Assembly (NCBI GenBank): GCA_010015805.1
Contig: ML978133.1
Span: 62,001-126,000, forward strand
From: Rhizodiscina lignyota
Lineage: Eukaryota
DNA: 64,000 nt
Direction: 5' to 3'
How positions within the stretch are numbered: the first letter of the stretch is position 1; every line of letters starts with the position of its first letter. Positions 1 to 11,639 of the stretch are shown piece after piece. The translations under genes and the position numbers were made by a program. The notes under the pieces are model-generated. The model made no database searches. It was given only the letters and a program-made list of their open reading frames with translations, and was not told the origin of the DNA.

Positions 1-3000
1 CACCCGAATGGAAGCGACGACTGGTGCAGGGAAATATTGGCTTGGATCGGGTCGACCTCTTCAGCCCCATGGGCCTGGAGAAGATGTTTCAGAAGCCACC
101 TGGAGACACAATTGATAAGGGCAAGAAAGTCTCTAGGAAACAGTCGGTGCTCAAGAGCCTGGAAGAGATGCCGTCGAGTCCCCCGCTCTGGTTGGCGAAG
201 CAGACAGGGGAGAACTCTGAACCATTTACGGATGGGACTGGACTTGATCCTGTGAGAGAGTCAGACGCTGAAGACTCTACAGATGGCAAAGGAATGCATT
301 CATCCGAAGCAGGCAGAATACCATCGCAGGCACAGGACGACAGTCCGAAGCGCAAGACTAGCCAGCAGTCAGAAGTCTTGAGCGACGATTTCAGTCCCGT
401 ATTCATCTCGAAACACAACGATGGTCACGGCAGGATCGAGTATGCTGCCCTGGACATGTCTAAATCGCAGCTTGAAGAGGAACTAAAGAAGCTCCATACT
501 TCGACGCAGACAACCTCAGAGATGATACCACCAATACACACAACCGTTGCCGAAAACGACCAATCAACAGTGAGCGACACGCTTCCAACAGATCTCCCTG
601 CTGGTACACCGGATGTCGTGCCCATTGGAGAGTACGTCAGTGTTAAACGCGGTGGACGCTCTGCTGATGGCTCTTTCCGTAGACGACCACTGAGCCCATC
701 GCCATTAGCACGTCCACCAACTGCGCAGAATGATGAATCTTTCACGGTAGACTCAACGCAGCTTCGCAGCGATATCGGCAGTGATGCATATATCCCACCT
801 CCTGCGCCTACTCCACCGGTTACTGCTACTCCGACTCGCCCACGGCAAGGAGACTACCTTAGTCCAACCAGAAATCAGTCCTCTCTTAGCCCACTGAAGC
901 TGTTTGGAGCTCACGACACGTTTACTACAAACAGACTGCAGCGAAGGATGAGCCAGATGGAGTTGAATGACGAGCAAGGAGAAAATCAACATAAACTGTC
1001 TACGCAGAGAGAAGCGTCTGAAGAGCCGCCACATGTGACGGAACCCAATTCGCGAAAGACATCGAACACAAGCAACTTCGGTCAAGGAGAGCTAAACGAG
1101 TATCCATTTCCCACTGAAATCTCGGTGCTCTCCCCATCGTCCCGGCAGGAAGACGAGGGTCTTGTGCGCAGTCGCTCGCCCTCACCGTCGATGCACCCAC
1201 CTGGTGCCAGAGACCCGTTCAAGTTCCGCGTCGAATCCGGCTCCTCCGAAATGGAGGATACATTCAAAAATAAGCGTAAACATTCTAAGGCCTCTTCTCG
1301 AAGTTCTCTTTCTATAGCAAAGCGCAGTGTCGACAATACGCAGAAGTCTAGAAAGCCTTCGCAACTCAACATCATCACCAGCTTCAACGGATCCGACGAA
1401 CCTGCAGTGCCAAGTTTTGTTTCCGAAGGCAAGCGTCCTCCCACGACTCCGTTCAAGGACCCAACTCCAAAGCGTCGCCGTACACTCGTCTGCGCAGATG
1501 TCGAGGATAACATCACTGATCCACCAGGAGAATCAATCCGCGACAGTCATAACCGCATGCAATCAATTATCGGCCGCAAGCGCAAGGATGCGCGACATTC
1601 AAACACTTCTAATCTAGCCGATCCTGATGTCCTCGCGAGGCGACATATTTTGCGGCCACGGAATCCTACGCCGAGTCAACGGCGGCGGGAAGAGATAGAA
1701 CAAGAGGTTCTAGAAGTCACAGAGGCTTACTTGAACAGCTCTCCGCGACTGGAGGCGATCCGTGAACACCTTCAAGTGCCAGAAATCATTGAACCTGGCA
1801 GTGACCTAGATGCAGCGGAGCAAGAACAAGCAAGGGCTGTGGCCGAAGAGGTTGCTGCGTTCAGTGTAAGAATCGCCAGAGGCATGAAGGATGATGGGCG
1901 CAAGAGAAGTGTCACGACGCAAGACTTTTTGGATGAGGCCATGAAGATCATGGACTTCATCAGGACCAAGGGACGACCAACAAGTGGGCTTGGAAGCCTG
2001 GAAGAATCTGACGAGTCAACGCAACAGGGCACTAATAGAGTCATGGACCAGGACGAAGGCAGCGATGCGAGCCTTTCGAGACCGCCGTCTCAAGGAGGGC
2101 GTGGAAGTAAATTGACAAGAAGAGACACCGAGGAACTGGATCCTCGTGTCGTCAGCCATCTACGACAATTTGAGGATGGGGAATCTGAGTTTTTGGCTAG
2201 CTCATTCCAATCATTGCATGTCGATCACCTGAGTGCTAAAGCGCCATCCCCCACAGCATATGTTGAGTCTGATCCACCCGATATCCGCGTCTTTGGTCAC
2301 GCTCAGATGCCCGAGGAGAAAATCGAAGCCGAGGGGTCCAACTCAAAGAGCAGCAGCATGCCAAGCCACAAGTCTCGCCCTTCCGTGGACTCTTCTCTCG
2401 GTCGAACGACCATGACCACAGCATCGCGGAGATCTGAGAACGTTGCAACTCTAGCTCCCCAAGCTGTTGCGCATTTGATCCCTGAGGATGTCGGTGGCAT
2501 GCATTTTGACAGCGAAAAGAAGATCTGGGTGAGAGTGAAGAGTCTCCATAAAACTAGTGAAACTGTCGACAGAGATGTCAGTGGAATAACTCAGAGTGAT
2601 GAGGATCCTTTTGGGGAGATACCAGACTTGACTGTGGACGAATTACAAGAGCTGGAACGAGTCATGACCAGTCCCAGTCGTAAGCCCACTGGCATGACTG
2701 AAGTATCAAGAAAGGAAGAAAGTTCTGAGGAGACGGTGAAACCACCAGAAAGGGAGCGAAAGTCTGATGAGACTCTCTTAAGCTCTCTTGAATCTCCGAA
2801 TGTACAGTCGACTTCAATGGCTGAATTCAAAGAGAGGCAAGAGATGTTTTCAAGTCGCAATGGCACAGTGCGATCCAAAAAGGAAGGCCGGGTCTCGGAG
2901 GACACTATCGAACATGAGATCAAGATTGATGAAGGTCGATCGAAAGAACAGCCGCAGAATCAATTTCGAAAAGTCAGCACAGTGGAGATCTCACTCTCTT

Positions 3001-5037
3001 CACCATTTGTTGCAAGATTAGCCCAGGCTGCTGAAGCCAATGTGCAGCGGCATGATGACGGGTCAAATACACCGCAGGAGCCGCATCCACAACACCAAAA
3101 GACCGCACAGGCATTTGCAAAGCAAGCACTCCAAGCAGCGGAAGAAAACCATGAGGTTTCAATCGTTGACTTTGCGCGTGACAGTCGTCGTGTCAATTTC
3201 TCTGTCTCAGTTGTCAAGCCACCTTCTGGCACTCTTGCAGCCCCGCCATCGTCTCCTGGAGCGCCAGCAGACGTCACGTTTTATCTCTCAGAGCTCTCGG
3301 ATTTCACCGTTCATCAAACTGATGAGCGTGAGATGCAGGATCGCTCTGTTGTGCACCGCGGGCCAAACGGACTCACCGCAATCAAGGAAGACAGGTTTGA
3401 GCATGGTAACACATCGTTGGTGAAAGCATTGCAGGATATTGAACCTGACGAGCCATTCTGGGAAGACCTCAAGCGTGTAGAGCTTAGTGGACGGAATTTG
3501 ACATCGCTGCATCTTCTCGATGTGCTGTGCGATAGAGTTGAGACGGTCGCTGTCAATGACAACGCCATCGTCCAGCTGGTTGGTGCTCCGTCAACGGTGA
3601 GGAGTTTATGCATACGCAACAACCTTCTTAACAGCCTGACTGCCTGGAACCATCTTACGAACTTGCAGTATCTTGACATTTCAGGGAACGACATGGACAA
3701 CCTCAGTGGGGTGGGATGTCTTCTGCACTTGAGGGAATTGAGGGCAGATAATAACCGAATCGTGAACTTGGATGGAGTGATGGGTCTCGATGGGCTGCTG
3801 AGCCTAAGCGTGAGAGGAAATCGGATCGAGAGGGTGGACTTCGAGAACACCTCTCTGTAAGTACATCCGCATTTCAACAGGGTGCTAATCTCGATTGCTA
3901 ATAAAGTGCAGCGTTCGTCTTGAAAAGCTTGATTTGGCCAGCAACCATCTGGGCGACTCCAAGGGCCTGCGCAACCTCCAGTCCCTTCCTTCTTTGGCAG
4001 AGCTCAATCTCGACAACAATGATCTCCGCACCTTTCTTACACCTACTGACATCAATGCGGATCCATGTCCAAATCTCAGGGTCATCAGTCTCTGCAACAA
4101 TCGCTTCGAGGCTGTCAACTTACCACCGTCTTTTCTGCCCTCCCTTCGCGAAGTCTATCTCGATAACAACCGTATATCATCCCTGACTGGTCTCCAAGAA
4201 CAGCAAAACCTTGACCTTCTCTCCTTACGCAACCAGCATCCTCCGCTAGCTTCCAACCTCGAGGGTATCTTCTCTCATATGCCCGACGCGCGGATGCTCA
4301 TCCTCTCCGGCAATCATATCCCTTCATTCTCTTTTACACCGAGCCGATCCTTCCTCAATACTACGCACCTAGAACTCGCGTCTTGCGGTCTGTCATCACT
4401 GCCAGAGGATTTCGGTGTCGTGATGCCGAATCTAAAATCGCTCAACCTCAATTTCAACAACCTTAAGGATGTACGACCTCTCCTGGGCATCAAGCGTCTG
4501 GAACGTCTCTATCTTTCGGGCAACCGTATCAGCCGGTTGCGAAAGCTCGCTATGGTACTGGAGCGGCTAAGCAGCAGTCTCAAGGAAGTCGATCTTCGTA
4601 ATAACCCTGTGACCGTGGGCTTTTACGATACGGCCGCAATTACTACACTATCGGGCGCCGAGCCAAAAGTTCTACATGCTGGAGAAGTTGGAATGCAGGT
4701 CATTCCCACTGCTTCCGCAGCATCGACAAGTGTATCGATCGAACGTTCCACGAGCGCTCACTCTAGCACCAACACTCAAGCAAGTCCGTACTTCTTGCCT
4801 CTGGCGAACCTTGCGGCGGATACCACATACGCAGCTCGACTAGATGAAGAGACAAAACTGCGCAGACGAGTCTACGAGATGCTCCTGGCAAACGGCATGT
4901 CGGGGCTCATGACACTCGATGGGCTGCCATTCCAGCGGAAGAAGGTGCTTGTGCGAGACGATGTGTGGGAGCGGCTTGTCGAGTTGGGAGTGGTTAGGAA
5001 GAGTGGCAAACAGGGCCGAGAAACGAAGGCTACCTAG
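1..5037 (+). CDS. Septation initiation network scaffold, Cdc11/Nud1/SepK-like, with C-terminal leucine-rich repeats (5'-partial)
   Basis: The frame is open from the window start (PEWKRRLVQG) and contains SPLKLFG.HDTFT and SVTTQDFLDEAMKIM, then LRRs (LxxLDISGNxM, LxxLNLxxNxL). Intron 3857-3911 (GTAAGT...GCTAAT...GCAG) joins ORFs 24..3860 and 3895..5037 in frame. Confidence 0.85.
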
Positions 5038-5248
5038 TCTTGCGAGGCAAGATATTTGTGTTTCTGTTGATTGCAATTCTGAGATCTTTCATTTGGTAAA
5101 AGTGCTTGATTGTACGATTATGATGGCTGGCTGATGGGTACGGGCAATGGACGATTCGATGGGTAGGCGCCCAGCGGAAATAAGGGGTGCTGATTGCGGC
5201 TTTTTGCATTGCGATATTAGGAATTGTGCGATGCTCTGTAATGATACC

Positions 5249-5827
5249 TCATGAGTTGTTAATATGAACGTCCCCCACATGACTACTCCGAGACCGAAGC
5301 TTCAATCGCCTCCGCTGATTCATCTCTGTTGCGCTCACTCGCGGTCTCCATCTGTCGCCATACAAGACCCTACTCTCGCCCTCGCTTCGCACAAACAGAA
5401 TGTCGTAGTCGCTATTCATTGTCATGAGCGTATCTCTGACGAGGTGCCGATATCGCGCTGCGTCTCGACCGCTGTTCTCAATCCCGATCAATTCTTTGAC
5501 CTCAGGTTTCGAGGCGCTTGCTATGAGAATTGAATCATCTGGCGCAAGTACTTTGACGCCCAGCGACTCCAACTTCGAGACGTTGTGTTTTCGTGACGCG
5601 AAGATCGTGATCCGCTGATTTACGTCCGGGAATTTGGCTTTCAGGGGCTCTTGTTGCAGGTAAGCCAGAGCAAGTGTGTCGACACCTTGGGCATCGCCGA
5701 GGATGAAGTGATGGCCTTCTTCGAGCGCTTTGCCGAGAAGTGGTATGTATATCTGATTGAATTCCTTCTCCGTCAAATCGGTGTGGCCACTAATGAGCGC
5801 GACTTTAGGTGTAGCGGCGGAAGACAT
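5249..5827 (-). CDS. Intronless 192-aa protein, SLOG superfamily (YspA/DUF2493-like)
   Basis: The motifs ALISGHTD, FILGDAQGVDTLA and RDTLMTMNSDYDILF follow the SLOG Rossmannoid pattern (strand-SG, GxAxGxD, R..M...sD). Confidence 0.6.
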   Translation of the reverse strand: MSSAATPKVALISGHTDLTEKEFNQIYIPLLGKALEEGHHFILGDAQGVDTLALAYLQQEPLKAKFPDVNQRITIFASRKHNVSKLESLGVKVLAPDDSILIASASKPEVKELIGIENSGRDAARYRHLVRDTLMTMNSDYDILFVRSEGESRVLYGDRWRPRVSATEMNQRRRLKLRSRSSHVGDVHINNS

Positions 5828-6653
5828 TTGGTTCTCCTGGAGCTAGTTGCGACTCTCTCTTCTCGAGCTTCGGGAAGAAGTTTAAGTACGGGGCATATCA
5901 TGGTATATGTCGAAGAGCATTACTCCCGGAGTAGAAATCCATAAGCGCGGCAAGCTTCGGTGACTGAACTCAAACAACTGCCTTGTGGCTGAGAGAAAAG
6001 AACGTGTCTGCGCCGCGCCTCCAGGCTCCACTGACTCAACAATCTATTCCAACTTGAACTTATCTTGTCTTACTTAGTACACCCGCCCATCGGTGTCTAG
6101 ATACAGTCTTACGTGACTGTGTTTACATAAAAAGTTTAGATCCACGTAGCACTTCTATATATCGGCAAGATTGCTGCCCAGTGCTGTAGACAACGCTCTC
6201 TGTCCTGAAAACCGACAAAATGGCTGGCAGCGAGGAAGGTCAAACAGAAGCAACACAAACGAGTGTTGCTACTCCAGCTGGGCGAGGCCGTCGTTGGAAA
6301 CTCAGTGCGACATCTCTTAGCCAATGTTTGTTCAGGCTGCACAGCTGAATCACTCTTCTTTCTCATTTCACTCGCCGATGAGGCTTCCGGCTTAGATTGC
6401 AATTGTTGGCTTCGAAAGAGTAACACATTAACCCCAAACAACACCTCTTCACCTACTACCCTTTTTAGCCAAGCCGTGAACGTGCGCTATTTAAACACCT
6501 CTCTCTCCTTTCGGCTTCATCTTCTTCTCATTCACCACCCCAAACACGAACACTCCCACTTCTTTATTCTCTTTCCCAGTACTCTCCTCAGTCTTGAACA
6601 CACTCGAAGCAAATTCAACTAAGGCTCATTTATCATTCACACTCAAAATCAAA

Positions 6654-7680
6654 ATGGCAACTGAAGCGATTCACTCTCTTGCATCAACCACGGAGCTCCA
6701 ATCCAATTCAGCAGAGCCAGATACGCCTAAATGTCACACTGCGGGATGGCCAGCGGCACAGTGAGTACATATCCAAACCTATGGCATATTTCCAGATCTA
6801 ATTTGGTGTAGGAAAGAAGCGACATTCGGAAAACTCGAATTCCTGGAGCTTCCTGCGGAGATCCGACTACTCGTATATGAACAACTCTTTGGCAATCGGG
6901 CGGGCAAAACTGTACAGGTGTTGGACCACGTGGGGGATACCGCAACAACAAGACGAGTTTATTGCGTGTGGATGAGCAGAAAGAGCCACAAGCCCGAAAT
7001 TACTCTCATGACAACCTGCCAACAAGTATACGATGAGGTGAAGGACGTTTTGTATCACCGAAACTACTTCTGTCTCTTTGCCTCAAATGTGTCATCCCCA
7101 TGGTTTGATGGGGAGGCATCACAACTCCAGGCGACATTACTTCCCAGGATTGAGAATTTGGCACTCGAGCTCCGCATATATCACGATTCATCAATCAGGG
7201 ACTGGCTCAGAACAAGACTTATGTCTGGGGCGCATTGCCATTTCTTCAATGAAATGACCTCGCTCAAGAAACTGACAATCTGCGTCACTCGTAACTTGGA
7301 CGACCCCTAGGACTAACTCTCACGGCTCTCCACAACGTGCGAAAAGCGAGCAAAACTTTGACGGCGATTCGGAGCTGCTATTCTGGCTTTTGGAGGCTAT
7401 TCCCCGGACTGTCACCATCAACTGGGTCAGTTTGACCAGGCCTTCATTCTGGGACACTCGATACTTGAGCGTGAGGACCCTCAAACGACTGGCCAAAGAG
7501 CACGACAAGGTCCGTGGTACAGCTCCGACTCTCGACGCAGACAGACGTGAACCTGACGCGAACGTTCAAGTGCCTGCTATGCTGAAGGAGTTACGCGATG
7601 ATGCAGATAAAGCTAGGAAGCTCGCCAACAACAAGACCAGGAGGGCAGAGCGAAAGGCGGCGAGGCAGCAAAATGCTTGA
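6654..7680 (+). pseudogene. F-box-like (LPxEIRxxIY) gene, paralog 1, with an apparent +1 frameshift
   Basis: ATG at 6654 and a phase-2 intron 6761-6811 give FLELPAEIRLLVYEQL. The frame stops at TAG 7308-7310 after a CCCC run (7304-7307). Removing one C continues into ...LLFWLLEAIPRTVTINW, which matches the paralog's LMSWLMQSIPSHININW. Confidence 0.65.
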
Positions 7681-7770
7681 AATGTCCTTTCACAGAAGAA
7701 CAGGGGTAGTACTCCACGCGGTCTGCCGGACGAGGAGGCATTGACTGCTTCGGATATCAGGTACACGATG

Positions 7771-7854
7771 ATGGTTTACGACAATGGTTTACGACAATGG
7801 GTTACGACAATGGTACACGAAAATGGGTTACGACAATGGCACACGAAAATGGTT
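7771..7854. repeat. 13-bp minisatellite, ~6.5 copies (ATGGTTTACGACA and variants)
   Basis: Units read directly at 7771, 7784, 7797, 7810, 7823 and 7836, with a partial unit at 7849. Confidence 0.9.
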
Positions 7855-8016
7855 CAGATCAGGATAGGGGAAAGTTGGCACGGGTTGGTCATCTGCAACA
7901 GTGGATCAGACCTAAAAGCTATATTTAAGGAAGGGCTTTCGTGCTACGAGCCTTTCCTCCCTTGTTTCCTTTTCTGGGTGAATATCAAAATGAATCAACT
8001 GCTCTCCGTCCAAATC

Positions 8017-9216
8017 TTATAATTTCACACTTCGTACTAGACCTGTTTTAATACCAGTCAATTCACCTCCATAACCTCCCTTCCCTTCTCCACCCCTCCA
8101 GACCTGCCTCACACTGCTAAGCTTCTTCTTCTTGTCCTCATACTTCTTCCTCTTCTTCACTCTTGGATTCCGGACGTCCTTCTTCCGGAACGGCGTCAAT
8201 CCCTTGTTCTTTTCGATAGCGTAGGTCAATTTCCTCTTCCCATCCGTCCCAACTTCCTCGACCTCGACGACCTTTCCTCCTTCGCGCTCAGCGGTAGCAT
8301 ATGCCTGAGCCCGTGAAGCCTTGTCCGTCTTTCGCTTCTTCGCCCGCGCAGCTACCATGTCGTAATAATCGTCTTCATCGCCATTATCACCGCGAACGTC
8401 CTTCGAAATTGCGCGATCCTCCTCGTCACTTTCACCGCCAAGCTCCTCTTCCTTTGACTTTGACGTCTTGCCTCTCCGCTCCGCTTGTTCGATCAACCTT
8501 GCCTGTCGGTCCTTTAATCGCTCGCGATATGGCAGGTCGTCGTCTCCACCCGCTGTTCTTCCCTTCGCCCCACGCATATTCGCTTTCTGCGTAATCTGAC
8601 TGGTGTAGAATCTCAAACTCTTCTTCCTTCGCGCCTTCTCTGCGGCTTCTGTTGCGGTGAGTGCGACCTCATCTCCAAAGTCGGAGTCGCCAGCGTCGAC
8701 GGCGCTTTGAGTGGTGGTGGTCGAGGCAGGTTGGGACGCCTTGCGTGATTTCTTGAGGAGCGAAGATAAATCTGCCATGTCTTCTTGTGTCCTGCGTACA
8801 CGCTCTTGACGCTGGGCTTCTGCTTCTATGGCCGCAGCTTCGGCAAAGCGCTCTGCACGTGTTTTACGCTTGCGCTTCAGTTTATTATGTCCACTCTCGT
8901 CCTGCGCACCAAATTCTCTATTGACCTGAGGCGCATCGCCCGCCGTCGCTTCGCCCTCCTCGACAATCTGGAGTTGCTCTGGGGACGGCTCTGGCTCTTC
9001 CAGATCTTTAACCTTGTACCACAATTCCCTGCATTTAACAATTTCGTCCATGAGGGGATGTGAACGGAGGTCTTTAACAGGTCGCGATGTGCCATTTCCG
9101 TCGGTCTTGCGGGCTGGCGAGGTGAGGAAAGCGAAATACATTGATATCGCTCCCAAGTAGGCAGTGAGCGCCTGGTATTTTGTCATTGCAACACTCTGGG
9201 TCTTCGGGCCTGCCAT
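8017..9216 (-). CDS. SAS10: Sas10/Utp3, SSU processome (U3 snoRNP) component; N-terminus appears short
   Basis: C-terminal Sas10 domain RKLTYAIEKNKGLTPFRKKDVRNPRVKKRKKY...YGGELTGIKTGLVRSVKL. It also contains GGDDDLPYRER and SLRFYTSQI. Confidence 0.9.
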   Translation of the reverse strand: MAGPKTQSVAMTKYQALTAYLGAISMYFAFLTSPARKTDGNGTSRPVKDLRSHPLMDEIVKCRELWYKVKDLEEPEPSPEQLQIVEEGEATAGDAPQVNREFGAQDESGHNKLKRKRKTRAERFAEAAAIEAEAQRQERVRRTQEDMADLSSLLKKSRKASQPASTTTTQSAVDAGDSDFGDEVALTATEAAEKARRKKSLRFYTSQITQKANMRGAKGRTAGGDDDLPYRERLKDRQARLIEQAERRGKTSKSKEEELGGESDEEDRAISKDVRGDNGDEDDYYDMVAARAKKRKTDKASRAQAYATAEREGGKVVEVEEVGTDGKRKLTYAIEKNKGLTPFRKKDVRNPRVKKRKKYEDKKKKLSSVRQVWRGGEGKGGYGGELTGIKTGLVRSVKL

Positions 9217-9986
9217 TATGATGATGCCTTTGACTTAAGCGTCGAGTGCCGGTGTAGGTGTCGAGAGGTTGATTGAACTTGAACGCACTCGCCCAAAAAA
9301 ATCGGCTTCAAGGTGAAGTCTTGGCAATGATATTTCCAGCCCTAACCCTAAAGCGGTCTTCAACCTCCATCCCGCCCTTCCATCCATGTCATCAGAAACG
9401 CAGCCTTGCTAACAAACAGCGAATTGAAACCTTGCCATCCTACATCTCTCTAAGATGCTTGACGGAGGGAAGTCACGTATGCACTGTTCTTTCTCCCATT
9501 ACAAGGAGCCTGCAGAACATCAGAGAGGAAGGGAAACCTGCTATCTGACCTTACCCCTGCCCTAACTAATGCGCTCCTTATATCAGGGTAAAGCTTCAGA
9601 ATTTGCTAGGTTTCTACTCCACACTCCGTAGAGAAAGGTGCAATAATCGGCGTAGATTGCCTCTTCAGGTTTCTTTCACAGTCAGTGCTGTACATCCATC
9701 ACTGAACTATTGGCAGCGCCTGCATAGTCTCTGGTTTCTCCGCAATGATCTGCGTCCTCCAGCCAACGACAAGCTCTCGGCCAACCACTATGTACCTGCA
9801 TCCCAGGTTACATTCTGCCAGGAACAGGCGGATATTTGTATCTCTCCGGTGCTAAATTTGGGATCTGTGGACGTCACGTTCGGAACCATTTGACACGACT
9901 GAGTTGTATATTTCACAGCCACAAGCCCCAAGGAATATGGCTTTGGACCTTCGGCTACTTCTTGTTGGGGAGTCTTGCTGGCCAAA

Positions 9987-11639
9987 ATGTTATCAAAGGC
10001 TCATGTGTCTGCGGTGCTACTCAGCATAGGATCGTCACTGGCTGCACCAGCTCCACAAGGTAGCATCAGTCTTAATGGCAGCCCTTGGGGTGGCGGATGT
10101 TTATGGCAATGGGGATGCCACAATGATGGCGGATATTGGTTCAGCCAGACCGAAGATGTGCTCGAGACTATGCAAGCGACATACTGGAATGGTTCCTACT
10201 GGCCGACGACGATCCAGTGGATTGGCGCCGTCCTTGATACCCTCCTCGCGGCTTCGGACCGGTCGTTTACTAATGCGTTGATAGAGTACAACGGCAAAGT
10301 GCCAGGTGCTCAGTCCTCAACAAGCCAAATTCAAAGCGAGATCCAAAAGTACTTCTCCCAGGTTGAGGCTTACTATAGCAACGAGGATACTATTCAGATA
10401 TTCGGCGCTGCATATGATGACGCGCAGTGGGTAGTGCTGGAATGGCTCGAGGCACTTAAATTCATCAATCAGTACGATGCTTACTCCAAATCTAGTCTCG
10501 GCCAGAGCGATATTGCGAAGTTTGCACACCGAGCACATATTTTCTACAACATCGTCCAAGACCAATTTGACACCAGCCTTTGCGGTGGCGGCTTGACATG
10601 GAACCCGGCTCTGGCAACGTACAAAAACTCCATTACCAACGAGCTCTTCGTCTCAAGTAGCATTGGCATGTACTTGTACTTCCCAGGTGACAGCAATACG
10701 GATCCATATCCAAACCCTCGCTACACATCTGTCACCAATAACACCTTACCACCGCTTCTAAAACTAGCGGCGCATGACCCATTACTCTTGGACAATGCAA
10801 AGAAGGAATGGACGTGGTTCAAATCGCAGCCTTTTAGAAACGCTCAAGGTCTTATCATCGATGGGTTCCACATCTCAGACAACCAAACCACATGCGATGA
10901 GCCGAACGATATGATTTACACTTATAACCAAGGTGTGATGCTGTCGGGCCTGCGACAACTCTGGGAAGCCACTGGCGACACCTCGTACCTCGACGATGCT
11001 TACGACCAGATATGGTCCACCATCAATGCGACGGGCTGGTTTTCGCTACGAGGCGATGACAGTGGTGCTTGGGCCGGTCTGGGTCGGAATGGCATCATGG
11101 AGGATTACTGCGACGCACCAGCAAATTGCAGTCAAGATGCGCAGATGTTCAAGGGAATCTTCTTCCACCATTTGGATGCTTTCTGTGAGCCTCTACCCAC
11201 CGAGACTCCGCTCATCCCGGACCTCACATATACCGCACCTTCTTCTCTCGCATCTTCCCATGCGAGTAAGTGTGACAGTTATGTTCCCTGGGTCGAGCAC
11301 AACGCACATGCTGCACTTGCAACGCGGAATGGCAGCAACATCATTGGAGGCTGGTGGGGTGCGGCGTACGCGAATGTCTCCGCTAGCAATCCGTGGCCCA
11401 GCTATGGACATCCGCATCCAGGGCAAGATCCTTGGAATGATCCTGGACTCCTGAATCAGTCGCCCTGGGCGTGTCGAAGTCAACATGGTTGTAAAAGTGG
11501 TGGTGTGCATGGTCGTAACCCGCCGCAGGTGGACGAAGGCGACGCGAGGAATGTCCAAACTGAAGGGAGCGGGTTGGGTGTAGTGAAAGCTGCGAGCGAT
11601 ATGATTTTGAAGCGACCGCCAACTTATCCTTCGACGTAA
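9987..11639 (+). CDS. Secreted glycoside hydrolase family 76 (alpha-1,6-mannanase-like)
   Basis: N-terminal signal peptide, catalytic YDDAQW motif, CGGGLTW, YKNSITNELF, YTYNQGVMLSGL and FKGIFFHHL. Confidence 0.88.
   Translation: MLSKAHVSAVLLSIGSSLAAPAPQGSISLNGSPWGGGCLWQWGCHNDGGYWFSQTEDVLETMQATYWNGSYWPTTIQWIGAVLDTLLAASDRSFTNALIEYNGKVPGAQSSTSQIQSEIQKYFSQVEAYYSNEDTIQIFGAAYDDAQWVVLEWLEALKFINQYDAYSKSSLGQSDIAKFAHRAHIFYNIVQDQFDTSLCGGGLTWNPALATYKNSITNELFVSSSIGMYLYFPGDSNTDPYPNPRYTSVTNNTLPPLLKLAAHDPLLLDNAKKEWTWFKSQPFRNAQGLIIDGFHISDNQTTCDEPNDMIYTYNQGVMLSGLRQLWEATGDTSYLDDAYDQIWSTINATGWFSLRGDDSGAWAGLGRNGIMEDYCDAPANCSQDAQMFKGIFFHHLDAFCEPLPTETPLIPDLTYTAPSSLASSHASKCDSYVPWVEHNAHAALATRNGSNIIGGWWGAAYANVSASNPWPSYGHPHPGQDPWNDPGLLNQSPWACRSQHGCKSGGVHGRNPPQVDEGDARNVQTEGSGLGVVKAASDMILKRPPTYPST

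Noticed and set aside
7291..7310. A GT...AG mini-intron rescuing the paralog-1 frameshift
   Set aside because: Only 20 nt with no branch site, and removing it does not restore the needed frame.
7771..7854. CRISPR-like array
   Set aside because: The 13-bp units are contiguous with no unique spacers, in a eukaryotic context with no cas genes.
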